In this document: piece by piece, positions 54,885 to 62,071 of the stretch
How the letters are laid out: each line of letters opens with the position of its first letter
Position numbering within the stretch: position 1 is the stretch's first letter
Source of the DNA: Gemmatimonadales bacterium
Lineage (GTDB): Bacteria > Gemmatimonadota > Gemmatimonadetes > Gemmatimonadales > JACORV01
Assembly (NCBI GenBank): GCA_035623395.1
Contig: DASPTN010000086.1
Span: forward strand, 22,786-86,785
DNA length: 64,000 nt
Direction: 5' to 3'
Translations under genes and position numbers: made by a program
Notes under the pieces: generated by a model
Seen by the model: only the letters and a program-made list of their open reading frames with translations
The model's database searches: none
Told to the model about the DNA's origin: nothing

Positions 54885-55133
54885 ATGGTCCCAGAGCCAA
54901 CGGGCGATGGCTACGACCTCGTCGCCGATGTCCCGATCGAGGAGGTCCGCGCCACGCCGGAGGGGTTCGTGCTGGAGGGTCACGGGACCGACCGCTCGGG
55001 GTATCGCCTCGAGATGCACATCGACTGGCCCGTCGATCCGCGCACCAAGAAGGTATTGAGCGAAATCCTATCGCAGGCTGAGGTTAAGGTGATGCGGTGG
55101 CGCTCCCCTCCCAGGCGAGGCCGCGGCCTCTGA
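54885..55133 (+). CDS. hypothetical protein (82 aa)
   Basis: ATG 54885 within ORF 54834..55133(+): MVPEPTGDGYDLVADVPIEEVRATPEGFVLEGHGTDRSGYRLEMHIDWPVDPRTKKVLSEIL. No family recognised. Codon usage looks coding-like. Confidence 0.45.
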   Translation: MVPEPTGDGYDLVADVPIEEVRATPEGFVLEGHGTDRSGYRLEMHIDWPVDPRTKKVLSEILSQAEVKVMRWRSPPRRGRGL

Positions 55134-55285
55134 CCCGGGCGTGACTCGTGTCACGGCAACAGCGCTGGGGGCGTGGTAGTCTGGCTGGCCGGGATCTGGC
55201 GGCGAGAGCTTGCCGGCGTTTTTTGTCGCCTGCATACTTGTGCGCGTCCCGTCTGACGCACACTCCATAAGTGAGGTATGGCGTG

Positions 55286-56638
55286 ATGAGGCCTGCGCTT
55301 CGCGGCAACAGGGTCCTTCGTTTCGCCCTGGTTCTTGCCTGTGGCGCGTGCGCCACCGGCGGGCCGATGAGGGTGAGCGACGTGACCCCCCAGTCCATCC
55401 AGACGCTGGAGGCGGAGCGAAGCCAGCGGCCTCACGACGCGAACACCCTCACCCGTCTCGGCGTGGCGTACTTCAAGGCTGGCCGGTACAAGGATGCCCG
55501 CCCCGTGCTCGACACCGCGGTCACGGGCGATCCCACGAGCGGCGTCGCCGCGATCTACCTGGGCATGACCGCCGAGCAACTCGGCGATTTCGCCGCGGCG
55601 AGGGCCGCCTATCAGCGCTACATCGGCGTCGCGACCAGCAGCGACTTGAAGCGGACCGCGCGGGAGCGCCTGGCGCTGGTCGACCGCAACGAGGTGACGT
55701 ATCAGGCGCGACAGGCGCTGGCCAACGAGGGGACCATCGCGGCGATGCCGCCGGAATCCAACACGGTGGCGGTGATGCCGTTCACGTACACGGGCGCGGA
55801 CACCACGATCCGGCCCGTCGGTCGCGGCCTCGCCCAGCTGCTGGTGACCGACCTGGCGAAGTCGCGCCAGATCCGCGTCCTCGAGCGCGAGCGGATGCAG
55901 GCCATCCTGAGCGAGCTCAAGCTCTCCGATTCGGCGCAAACGGATCCATCGACGGCGCTGCGAAGCGGGCATCTGCTGCGGGCGGCGCGCGTCGTGCAGG
56001 GTGCTGTCGCCGGTCTGCCGGGGAACCAGCTGCAGGTGAACGCGGCCCTGGTCGACGTGACCAGTGCGGCGGTCACGGCCACGGCGCAGCAGAAGGACCG
56101 GCTGACCCAGCTGTTCGACCTCGAGAAACAACTGGCCCTCAACCTCTTCAACAATATGGGGATCCAGCTGACGCCGGCCGAGCAGCAGGCCATCCAGCAG
56201 CGCCCGACCCAGAACCTGCAGGCCTTCCTGCTGTACAGCCGCGGCCTCGAGGCCCAGGACCGCGGGGATTTCGCCGCGGCGCGTGCGGACTTCAACCAGG
56301 CCTCCGCCCTCGACCCGAACTTCCGGGCGGCCAGTCAGAGCGCGGCCACCGCGACGAATCTCTCGGCCGCATCGCAACAGACCGTGACGCAGGTCGAGAA
56401 CGTGGTGTCGCAGAACTCGACCATCCAGGGCCCGACGCCCCCGCCGCCCACTCAGGACGCACTCACGACGGCCACCAATACCGTGGCCCCGACCAACGCC
56501 ACGAACACGGCGCAGTCCACCGGTACGACGACCCAGCAACCGACGACGGAGCGCAGCCCGCTGCCGGATGCGACGGGCACCCTGGGCGGACAGCGCGTGA
56601 CGGGTAACGTCGTCATCATCATCAAGAGGCCGTCGTGA
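55286..56638 (+). CDS. lipoprotein with TPR repeats flanking a CsgG/LpoB-like core and a T/Q/P-rich tail
   Basis: ATG 55286 (alternative GTG 55283) within ORF 55271..56638(+). The lipobox is LVLACGACA. TPR-like helices occur at both ends. The central part VAVMPFTYTGADTTIRPVGRGLAQLLVTDLAKSRQIRVLERERMQAILSELKL is typical of CsgG/LpoB/TolB-N-like periplasmic modules. Family call is by eye. Confidence 0.7.
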   Translation: MRPALRGNRVLRFALVLACGACATGGPMRVSDVTPQSIQTLEAERSQRPHDANTLTRLGVAYFKAGRYKDARPVLDTAVTGDPTSGVAAIYLGMTAEQLGDFAAARAAYQRYIGVATSSDLKRTARERLALVDRNEVTYQARQALANEGTIAAMPPESNTVAVMPFTYTGADTTIRPVGRGLAQLLVTDLAKSRQIRVLERERMQAILSELKLSDSAQTDPSTALRSGHLLRAARVVQGAVAGLPGNQLQVNAALVDVTSAAVTATAQQKDRLTQLFDLEKQLALNLFNNMGIQLTPAEQQAIQQRPTQNLQAFLLYSRGLEAQDRGDFAAARADFNQASALDPNFRAASQSAATATNLSAASQQTVTQVENVVSQNSTIQGPTPPPPTQDALTTATNTVAPTNATNTAQSTGTTTQQPTTERSPLPDATGTLGGQRVTGNVVIIIKRPS

Positions 56639-57741
56639 GCGCCCGTCATCTGATCGCCGGCGCGGCCGCCATCGCGCTGCTCGGGCCGACGGCGCTGGTC
56701 GCGCAGGGCCCCACCGGGATCACGGGGGTGGAGGCGCGCGGCGTCACCTATCAGTCCGGCTTCGTCGTTAAGAGCGTGTCCGAGGTGTCGATTCCCTTCG
56801 TGCTGCTCTATCCGGTGAACCCGCGTCTCACGTTCGACCTCGGCGGCCGGTGGGCGACGGCGACCCGCAAGGGACTCGACACCACGGCCACGATCTCCGG
56901 GCTGACCGACATCCAGGCACGGGGCGTCTACCAGATCGTCCCCGACCTCGTGGCCCTGACCATCTCGGCGAACCTTCCCACCGGGAAGTCGAATCTCACC
57001 GGGGGGCAGCTGCTGACCGCGGGCGCCATCGCCTCGGACCTGCTGCCATACCCGGTGGCGAATTTCGGCTCGGGTTTCAACCTGACTTCCGGCGTCGCGC
57101 TCGCCGTGCCGGTCGGCGGGTGGGCCCTCGGCGTGGCCGGCAGCTACCGGGTGAACGGCAGCTTCACGACCGGAGATTCGAGCTACAAGGCCGGCGGCGA
57201 GTTCCGGCTGCGCCTCGGCGCGGACCGCCTCGTCGGCCAGGGCAGGATCTCGCTCGGACTCACGTTCTCCACGTTCGGCGACGACAATCTCGGCAGCTCG
57301 CCGATCTTCCAGTCGGGCAAGCGTTACATCGGGCAGGGCTCCTGGAGCTTCCCCATCGGGAACGCCGGCCTGCAGGTCTACGCGTGGGACATGTATCGCT
57401 CGCCGGGCACCGAGCTGCTCGGCCTGACACAGTCCACGCAGAAGAGCAACGTCCTCGCCTTCGGAACGGCCGCCTCGGTGCAGTTGGGGCCGAACATCTT
57501 GCGGCCGCAGATCGAGTTCCGGATTCACACCTTGGGGGACTCGTCCCTCGCGAGCGCCGGCAAGCTCCTGTCACTCGGCGTTCAGTACGAGATGGCCCTC
57601 AACGGCCGCATCGCCCTGCTGCCGTCGGTGCGGTTCGACACCGGCAATGAGAACGCCCTCGGCGCCAACGGCAATCCCACGACCCAGGCATTCAGCTTCA
57701 CCGGCTGGAACGCGGCCTTGATGGTGCGGGCGAGAATGTAG
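56635..57741 (+). CDS. putative outer-membrane beta-barrel protein
   Basis: ORF 56635..57741(+). Its GTG overlaps the upstream stop (GTGA). The signal peptide ends ALVAQG. Alternating amphipathic strands rich in G/S/T/aromatics run to the C-terminus. Confidence 0.65.
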   Translation: MSARHLIAGAAAIALLGPTALVAQGPTGITGVEARGVTYQSGFVVKSVSEVSIPFVLLYPVNPRLTFDLGGRWATATRKGLDTTATISGLTDIQARGVYQIVPDLVALTISANLPTGKSNLTGGQLLTAGAIASDLLPYPVANFGSGFNLTSGVALAVPVGGWALGVAGSYRVNGSFTTGDSSYKAGGEFRLRLGADRLVGQGRISLGLTFSTFGDDNLGSSPIFQSGKRYIGQGSWSFPIGNAGLQVYAWDMYRSPGTELLGLTQSTQKSNVLAFGTAASVQLGPNILRPQIEFRIHTLGDSSLASAGKLLSLGVQYEMALNGRIALLPSVRFDTGNENALGANGNPTTQAFSFTGWNAALMVRARM

Positions 57742-57822
57742 GAGGAGGCGAGCGCCGGGCTGCGCCCGATCGGGGAAGTGCAGCGTGATGTGGAAGGGCG
57801 CCCCAAGCCGCGTCGGCTGAAA

Positions 57823-57860
57823 GGCCCAGCAACCGCAAGTCGTTGCTGGGCCGTTTGTTA
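57823..57860 (+). terminator. rho-independent terminator
   Basis: GGCCCAGCAAC (57823-57833) pairs with GTTGCTGGGCC (57842-57852) around an 8-nt loop. It is followed by GTTTGTTA. Confidence 0.7.
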
Positions 57861-57897
57861 CGTCAGCGGTTGGCGGCGAGAAGTGTGCTCCATATCC

Positions 57898-57926
57898 TTG
57901 ACGAAGCCCCACCCGCTCGGTAGGTT
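57898..57926 (+). promoter_or_regulatory. sigma70-like promoter candidate (TTGACG-N17-TAGGTT)
   Basis: Hexamers at 57898-57903 and 57921-57926, about 75 nt upstream of the next CDS. Confidence 0.35.
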
Positions 57927-58002
57927 GGCCCTCGCCAGCCGCCACAGCGGGCAGCGAGCGTCATCATCCGATGGCGGCGCGTAGCCTAACGCATTGGGGG
58001 AC

Positions 58003-58452
58003 ATGGAGATCGCCGTGGCAACCGAGTTGAGCAGCGGAGCCATCTCCAGCATTCTCGAGTCCGTTCCCGGCATCGCTCATGTGCTGCGGAGTCCAGTCGC
58101 TGACGCGATGGTGAACCTATCGCGGGCAGCGGCGGGCGTCGGCGAATTCCGCATCCAGGATGCGCGGGAGTTGATCCGGTACGCCGTGCGTCGCGGCCTG
58201 ATCGGCAGCGACGAGGGCGATCGTGTGACGGCGGAGATCGAGGGTGCGGCGGCAGTGAAGGCCGAGAAGGCCGCCACGCGCAAGGCGGCCCGCGAGGAGC
58301 GGAAGCGGGAGGCGGAGCGCGCGATGCGGGGTCGTCACTCGACAGGGAAGGCGGTCGCCGGTCACAAGCACAAGGCGGCCAAGAAGAGCCACCCGGTCAG
58401 CCGGATGAAGCGCGGCCACTCCAAGCCCGCGCGGGGCAAGCACCGGCACTAG
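58003..58452 (+). CDS. hypothetical protein with K/R/H-rich C-terminal tail
   Basis: ATG 58003 (alternative TTG 57994) within ORF 57994..58452(+). The N-terminal ~85 aa looks globular. The tail is AVKAEKAATRKAAREERKREAERAMRGRHSTGKAVAGHKHKAAKKSHPVSRMKRGHSKPARGKHRH. Confidence 0.55.
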   Translation: MEIAVATELSSGAISSILESVPGIAHVLRSPVADAMVNLSRAAAGVGEFRIQDARELIRYAVRRGLIGSDEGDRVTAEIEGAAAVKAEKAATRKAAREERKREAERAMRGRHSTGKAVAGHKHKAAKKSHPVSRMKRGHSKPARGKHRH

Positions 58453-58500
58453 GGCGTGCGACCGGGCGACGTAGAGCGAATCGTCGGGGGCTGGGTGGTG

Positions 58501-58586
58501 GGTGACGCGCGGTGGGGACGAGCCGCACGCGAGCGGTGGCCCGGTCTCGGGTGGCATCCGCCGGGCGGGCCCCACCGCGCGTCGCG
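58501..58586. other. long GC-rich stem structure in intergenic region
   Basis: ACGCGCGGTGGGG (58505-58517) is perfectly complementary to CCCCACCGCGCGT (58570-58582). The helix can extend by 2-3 further pairs. It encloses 52 nt with smaller internal stems. Confidence 0.4.
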
Positions 58587-58717
58587 TCTAGGATAGCGGG
58601 GGGTCGTCCGTCGTCGCCGCCGGAGCGTTGCGGCGCGCGCCGTCCCGTTGCTGCTCCGTGGCTCGAGGCACGCGCCGCGGCTATCGTGTGGAGAATGGAG
58701 TTCGTCGAGGTGCTTCT

Positions 58718-59686
58718 ATGATGCGCTCATGCGTCGTGCTCGTCGCGGTCCTCGTCGCCGGTGCGTTGGCGTCGCCGTTGCAGGCCCAGAAGGCTCCGCC
58801 GTCGTCGACCCAGCAGCACCCGAGCCAGCCGACAACCGCGCCGACGACGGGGGGCAAGCTCCCGCCGACGACACCGGCGCCGCAGCCCGCTTCTCAGGCG
58901 CCGGCGCCGCAGCCGCCGGCCGCGCCGGCCTCGGCCCAGCCGCCGGCCGCTCAGCCTTCGACGACGCAGCAGCCCGCGACCCAGCAGCCCCCGGCTCAGG
59001 CTCCGGCGACGCAGCCCGCGGCAGCCACCCCTCCGGCGACCCAGGCAGCGGCGCCGGTCACGCCCCAGGCAGCGCGGCCCGCACCGGTCGCGGCGTCGGC
59101 GCCCGCCTACACGGCGGGTCTGGCGATGCCTCCGTATTCCGGCGCGACCACCCAGGACGCGCTGGACTACGCCGGCCGCCTCGGACACATGCTGGATTCG
59201 ACCATCGTCACCCTGGTTACCACGTTCAGGAACACCTCCGGGCAGCCGATGATCGGCGCGAGCAGTCCCGCGACCCTGTCGCAGCGGGAGCGGGATCGCT
59301 GGTCGCGCTGTCGGAACCTGTACTGGGATCTGACTACCTACGCCGCCGCGGTCGACCCGCTGCGGCAGGCGCTCGGGCAGGACCTGGTGCTGCAGCACGC
59401 CCTCGCCGACCTGGACACCGCGTTCACGAAGAGCGTCGCGACGCAAGAGTGCGACAACGTGGCGAGCATGATCGAGGCGCCGGACCGGTGGACCCCGTGG
59501 AGCGACCAGTACGAGGCCGCGGCCCGCCACTTCTACCACGAATTCTACGCCCAGGTGCGCGAGGTCCACGAGAAGGACCGCGCCTTCGTGAACGCGCTGA
59601 ACCGGCTGCTGCCATCCGGGAGGCGCTTGTCGCCTCCACCGGCGCTGCCCACCAATCCGCCTTTCGCGGGCGCCGCGCCGAGCTGA
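58718..59686 (+). CDS. secreted protein with P/Q/A/T-rich linker and C-terminal globular domain
   Basis: ATG 58718, 7 nt after GAGG, within ORF 58628..59686(+). The signal peptide is MMRSCVVLVAVLVAGALASPLQAQ. About 105 aa of low-complexity P/Q/A/T sequence follow, then a ~190-aa Trp/Cys-containing domain. Confidence 0.65.
   Translation: MMRSCVVLVAVLVAGALASPLQAQKAPPSSTQQHPSQPTTAPTTGGKLPPTTPAPQPASQAPAPQPPAAPASAQPPAAQPSTTQQPATQQPPAQAPATQPAAATPPATQAAAPVTPQAARPAPVAASAPAYTAGLAMPPYSGATTQDALDYAGRLGHMLDSTIVTLVTTFRNTSGQPMIGASSPATLSQRERDRWSRCRNLYWDLTTYAAAVDPLRQALGQDLVLQHALADLDTAFTKSVATQECDNVASMIEAPDRWTPWSDQYEAAARHFYHEFYAQVREVHEKDRAFVNALNRLLPSGRRLSPPPALPTNPPFAGAAPS
58790..59108 (+). repeat. low-complexity coding repeat (QPPA/QPAT-type units)
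   Basis: Degenerate reiteration of cagccgccggc / cagcagccc units, encoding APQPPAAPASAQPPAAQPSTTQQPATQQPPAQAPATQPAAATPPATQ. Confidence 0.6.
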
Positions 59687-59740
59687 TTCCGGAGGGCCGA
59701 GAGGCTCTCGCCCGGGCTCGGGCGGGGAGCGCTGCGTCGG

Positions 59741-61450
59741 TCAGCGCGAGCGGCGCCCTCCGGCGCCGGCGAACTCCGACGCAGCCGACCACGCCGGCAA
59801 TGCGCCGGATTCGGCGACGGCCCACGATACTCGCGCCAGCACGCGAGCCTGCTGGACCATGCCGTCCGCCGTGTACCACGGCAGCAGATTGTCCGCAGGC
59901 TGGTGGTAGCGCTCCCGCACGTAGATCCGCTCCTGCTCCCTGCCCCATCCTGCCGGCCTGCCGACGTAGTCGTGCCCGCTCCCCCAGGAGAGTGACGGGA
60001 CACCGTTCTTGGCGAACGGGAAGTGGTCGGAGCGGAAGAACGCGCCGTGGGTCAGCGCTTCGGAGTCCACGGTCACGCGCAGGTCTTCGGCTGCCGCGGC
60101 GCGCCGGAACACGGCTCCGAGCGAGGATTGATCGAGTCCGATGGCGGAGATGTCGCGCGTCCGGCCGAACAGGTTCGCGCCGTCGACGTTGAGGTCCGCG
60201 GCCACGGCCCCGGCCGGCGGATGCGCGGCCATCCACGTGGAGCCCAGCAGGCCTGCCTCCTCGGCCGCCATGCCGACGAAGAGGATGGAGCGCCGCGGCC
60301 GCAGGCCGGTGCGCGCGAACGCGTCGGCGACGCCGAGCATGGTTGCGACCCCCGACGCGTTGTCGACCGTGCCGTTCATGATCGAGTCCCCGTTCACCGC
60401 GAGCCCGATCCCCAGGTGGTCGTAATGCGCGCTGACCACCACCACCTGCCTGGCGAGCCCCGCGTCCCGACCGGGCAGCCGTCCGACGACGTTCGCCGTC
60501 GTCAGGCGGCGCAGGGTCGAGCGGACGGTCACGGCGGCGTCGACGCCGGTCGGCAGCGGACGGAAGTCCCGCCGCTCGGCGGCCGCCATCAGGCGCGCCA
60601 GCTCGAGCCCGCTCGAGGCAAGCAGCTCCGCCGCCGCCCGCTCGGTGAGCCAGCCGGCGAAGGCGAGCGAGGTCGGCGCGTTCTCGAGGCGTGTCTGCGG
60701 CCCGGTCCACGAATTCGTCACCGTGCTCCAGCCGTACGTCGCCATGGTGTCGTTGTGGATCAGGAGCACGCCCGCGGCTCCACGCCGCGCGGCCTCCTCG
60801 AGCTTGTAGGTCCAGCGGCCGTAGTAGGTGAGCGTCGGGCCGCGAAACAGAGCGGCGTTCCGCAGGCCCGGGTCGTTCACCAGCATGAGCAGGATCTTGC
60901 CGCGGAGGTCGGCGTCCTTGTAGTCGTCCCATCGCCACTCGGGCGCGGCGATGCCGTAGCCGACGAAGACGATCTGACCGCTGTCGCGCACCAGCGTATC
61001 GGCGCGCTCCGACCAGGCCACGAAGTCGTCGCGGTAACGCAGGTCCCGCGCGGCGCCGCCCGCGAACAGCGCGACGGCGGGCGACGGATCGAGCGACACG
61101 ATGGGCACTCGCTGGAACCAGCCGCCGCTGTCGCCGGCCGGCTCCAGGCCCAGCGCCATGAACCCGGCGGCGAGGTACTGCGCCGCCAGCTCCGCGCCGC
61201 GCCGACCGGTGCCACGGCCCTCGAGCTTGTCGTCCGACAGGAAGACGAGCGGAGCCCAGAGCGCGTCGGTGCGCACCGCGGCGGCGAGCCGCGACGCCGG
61301 CGTGGCGCGTTGCTGCGCAGCAGCCGACCCCGCCGCACAGAGGAGGAGCGGGAGGGCGGCGACGACGACGGTCGAGGTTCGAGACACGGGCGCCGGTCCT
61401 TCGGGCAGGAGTGGCGTGAAGCGCCTACCGTACCGACAGCGGCGGCTCAT
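59741..61450 (-). CDS. M28-family aminopeptidase with PA domain, secreted
   Basis: Part of ORF 59741..61558(-). Start set at ATG 61450. An alternative is GTG 61387 (VSRTSTVVVAALPLLLCAAGSAAAQ), which gives a tidier signal peptide. The M28 zinc-ligand context is VVVSAHYDHLG...DNASGVATML...FVGMAAEEAGLLGS...SDHFPF. Confidence 0.85.
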   Translation of the reverse strand: MSRRCRYGRRFTPLLPEGPAPVSRTSTVVVAALPLLLCAAGSAAAQQRATPASRLAAAVRTDALWAPLVFLSDDKLEGRGTGRRGAELAAQYLAAGFMALGLEPAGDSGGWFQRVPIVSLDPSPAVALFAGGAARDLRYRDDFVAWSERADTLVRDSGQIVFVGYGIAAPEWRWDDYKDADLRGKILLMLVNDPGLRNAALFRGPTLTYYGRWTYKLEEAARRGAAGVLLIHNDTMATYGWSTVTNSWTGPQTRLENAPTSLAFAGWLTERAAAELLASSGLELARLMAAAERRDFRPLPTGVDAAVTVRSTLRRLTTANVVGRLPGRDAGLARQVVVVSAHYDHLGIGLAVNGDSIMNGTVDNASGVATMLGVADAFARTGLRPRRSILFVGMAAEEAGLLGSTWMAAHPPAGAVAADLNVDGANLFGRTRDISAIGLDQSSLGAVFRRAAAAEDLRVTVDSEALTHGAFFRSDHFPFAKNGVPSLSWGSGHDYVGRPAGWGREQERIYVRERYHQPADNLLPWYTADGMVQQARVLARVSWAVAESGALPAWSAASEFAGAGGRRSR

Positions 61451-61465
61451 GGCAAGCCGCCGGAC

Positions 61466-61549
61466 TCCACATCGTATTCCATTCCACATGTCGACACCGT
61501 GGGGACAGGCGGCGGAACTCGTTCCGGAGCGTGCGGTTGGAGTCCACAT
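61466..61549. repeat. three same-orientation copies of TCCACAT (ATGTGGA on the peptidase strand)
   Basis: Copies at 61466-61472 (gacTCCACATcg), 61483-61489 (catTCCACATgt) and 61543-61549 (gagTCCACATcc), immediately upstream of the M28 peptidase start. Confidence 0.5.
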
Positions 61550-62006
61550 CCATCGCACAGGCGAGTGGCGTAACCCGAAGCAAATCCGGCACTTGCATCA
61601 CGAATTACCAGCGATATATTCGCAGCGTCGTCGGCGGGGAAGGGATCGGGCCATGCTTGGTCTACGCCTGCTGACGGGCCCGAGCGGCAGCTTGGGGGAG
61701 GGCGCCGATGCAACAAGGGCACAGGCGCCCGTCGATCCCAGGGCACCCGCTGACTCGGGCAGGTGAGGCCAATCGCGCGCCTCACTCACCCTGCCATGGC
61801 GCAGCGGGGTGCACTGCGAGAGGCCGGTACGCGATCCGGCCGGACTCGAAGCGCTCGGAGCGGTGAACCACGTGGCGCGGCCACGCCGCGTTGGGGATCG
61901 AAGCCGGAGCTTCTGACAGCCCTACCGGGAACCTGACAACAGACAACCGGTGGCTGGCGGAAGAAAAACGAGGGAGCAATCCTTCGGCTCCGGGTAGCTG
62001 CTTCGG

Positions 62007-62042
62007 CGACGGCCCGACTGGGGAGACCCGGGCGGGCCGTCG
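62007..62042. terminator. strong hairpin between convergent/tail regions (possible bidirectional terminator)
   Basis: CGACGGCCCG (62007-62016) pairs with CGGGCCGTCG (62033-62042), with an inner GGG/CCC extension. It lies 30 nt downstream of the stop of the 62072..62710(-) gene. On the plus strand it is followed by TGTTTCC. On the minus strand a second small hairpin plus a T5 run lies at about 61961-61992. Confidence 0.5.
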
Positions 62043-62071
62043 TGTTTCCGGCGACCTTTTCCTCGGCGGCG

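Noticed and set aside
55196-55232. T6 run (55219-55224) after the 82-aa ORF as an intrinsic terminator.
   Set aside because: The preceding stem is only about 4 bp (CGGC/GCCG). It may still function, but the sequence evidence is too weak to list as a feature.
58790-59108. Short reiterated DNA units that could be mistaken for a repeat array or CRISPR.
   Set aside because: The units are degenerate, contiguous with no spacers, in frame, and encode a P/Q/A/T linker inside a signal-peptide protein.
61653-61769. 38-aa ORF (MLGLRLLTGPSGSLGEGADATRAQAPVDPRAPADSGR) with an upstream GAAGGGA.
   Set aside because: The composition looks like random high-GC translation. There are no partner genes, such as RiPP enzymes, and no recognisable motif.
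61560-62000. Possible tmRNA, SRP RNA, 6S RNA or riboswitch in the large non-coding island.
   Set aside because: I looked for a tRNA-like acceptor with TCCACCA end, the GGAUUCGACGGG-type 5' motif, a tag ORF ending in ...LAA-stop, and the SRP GGAAGCAGCC motif. None is present on either strand. The region is kept only as an unexplained area in the findings.
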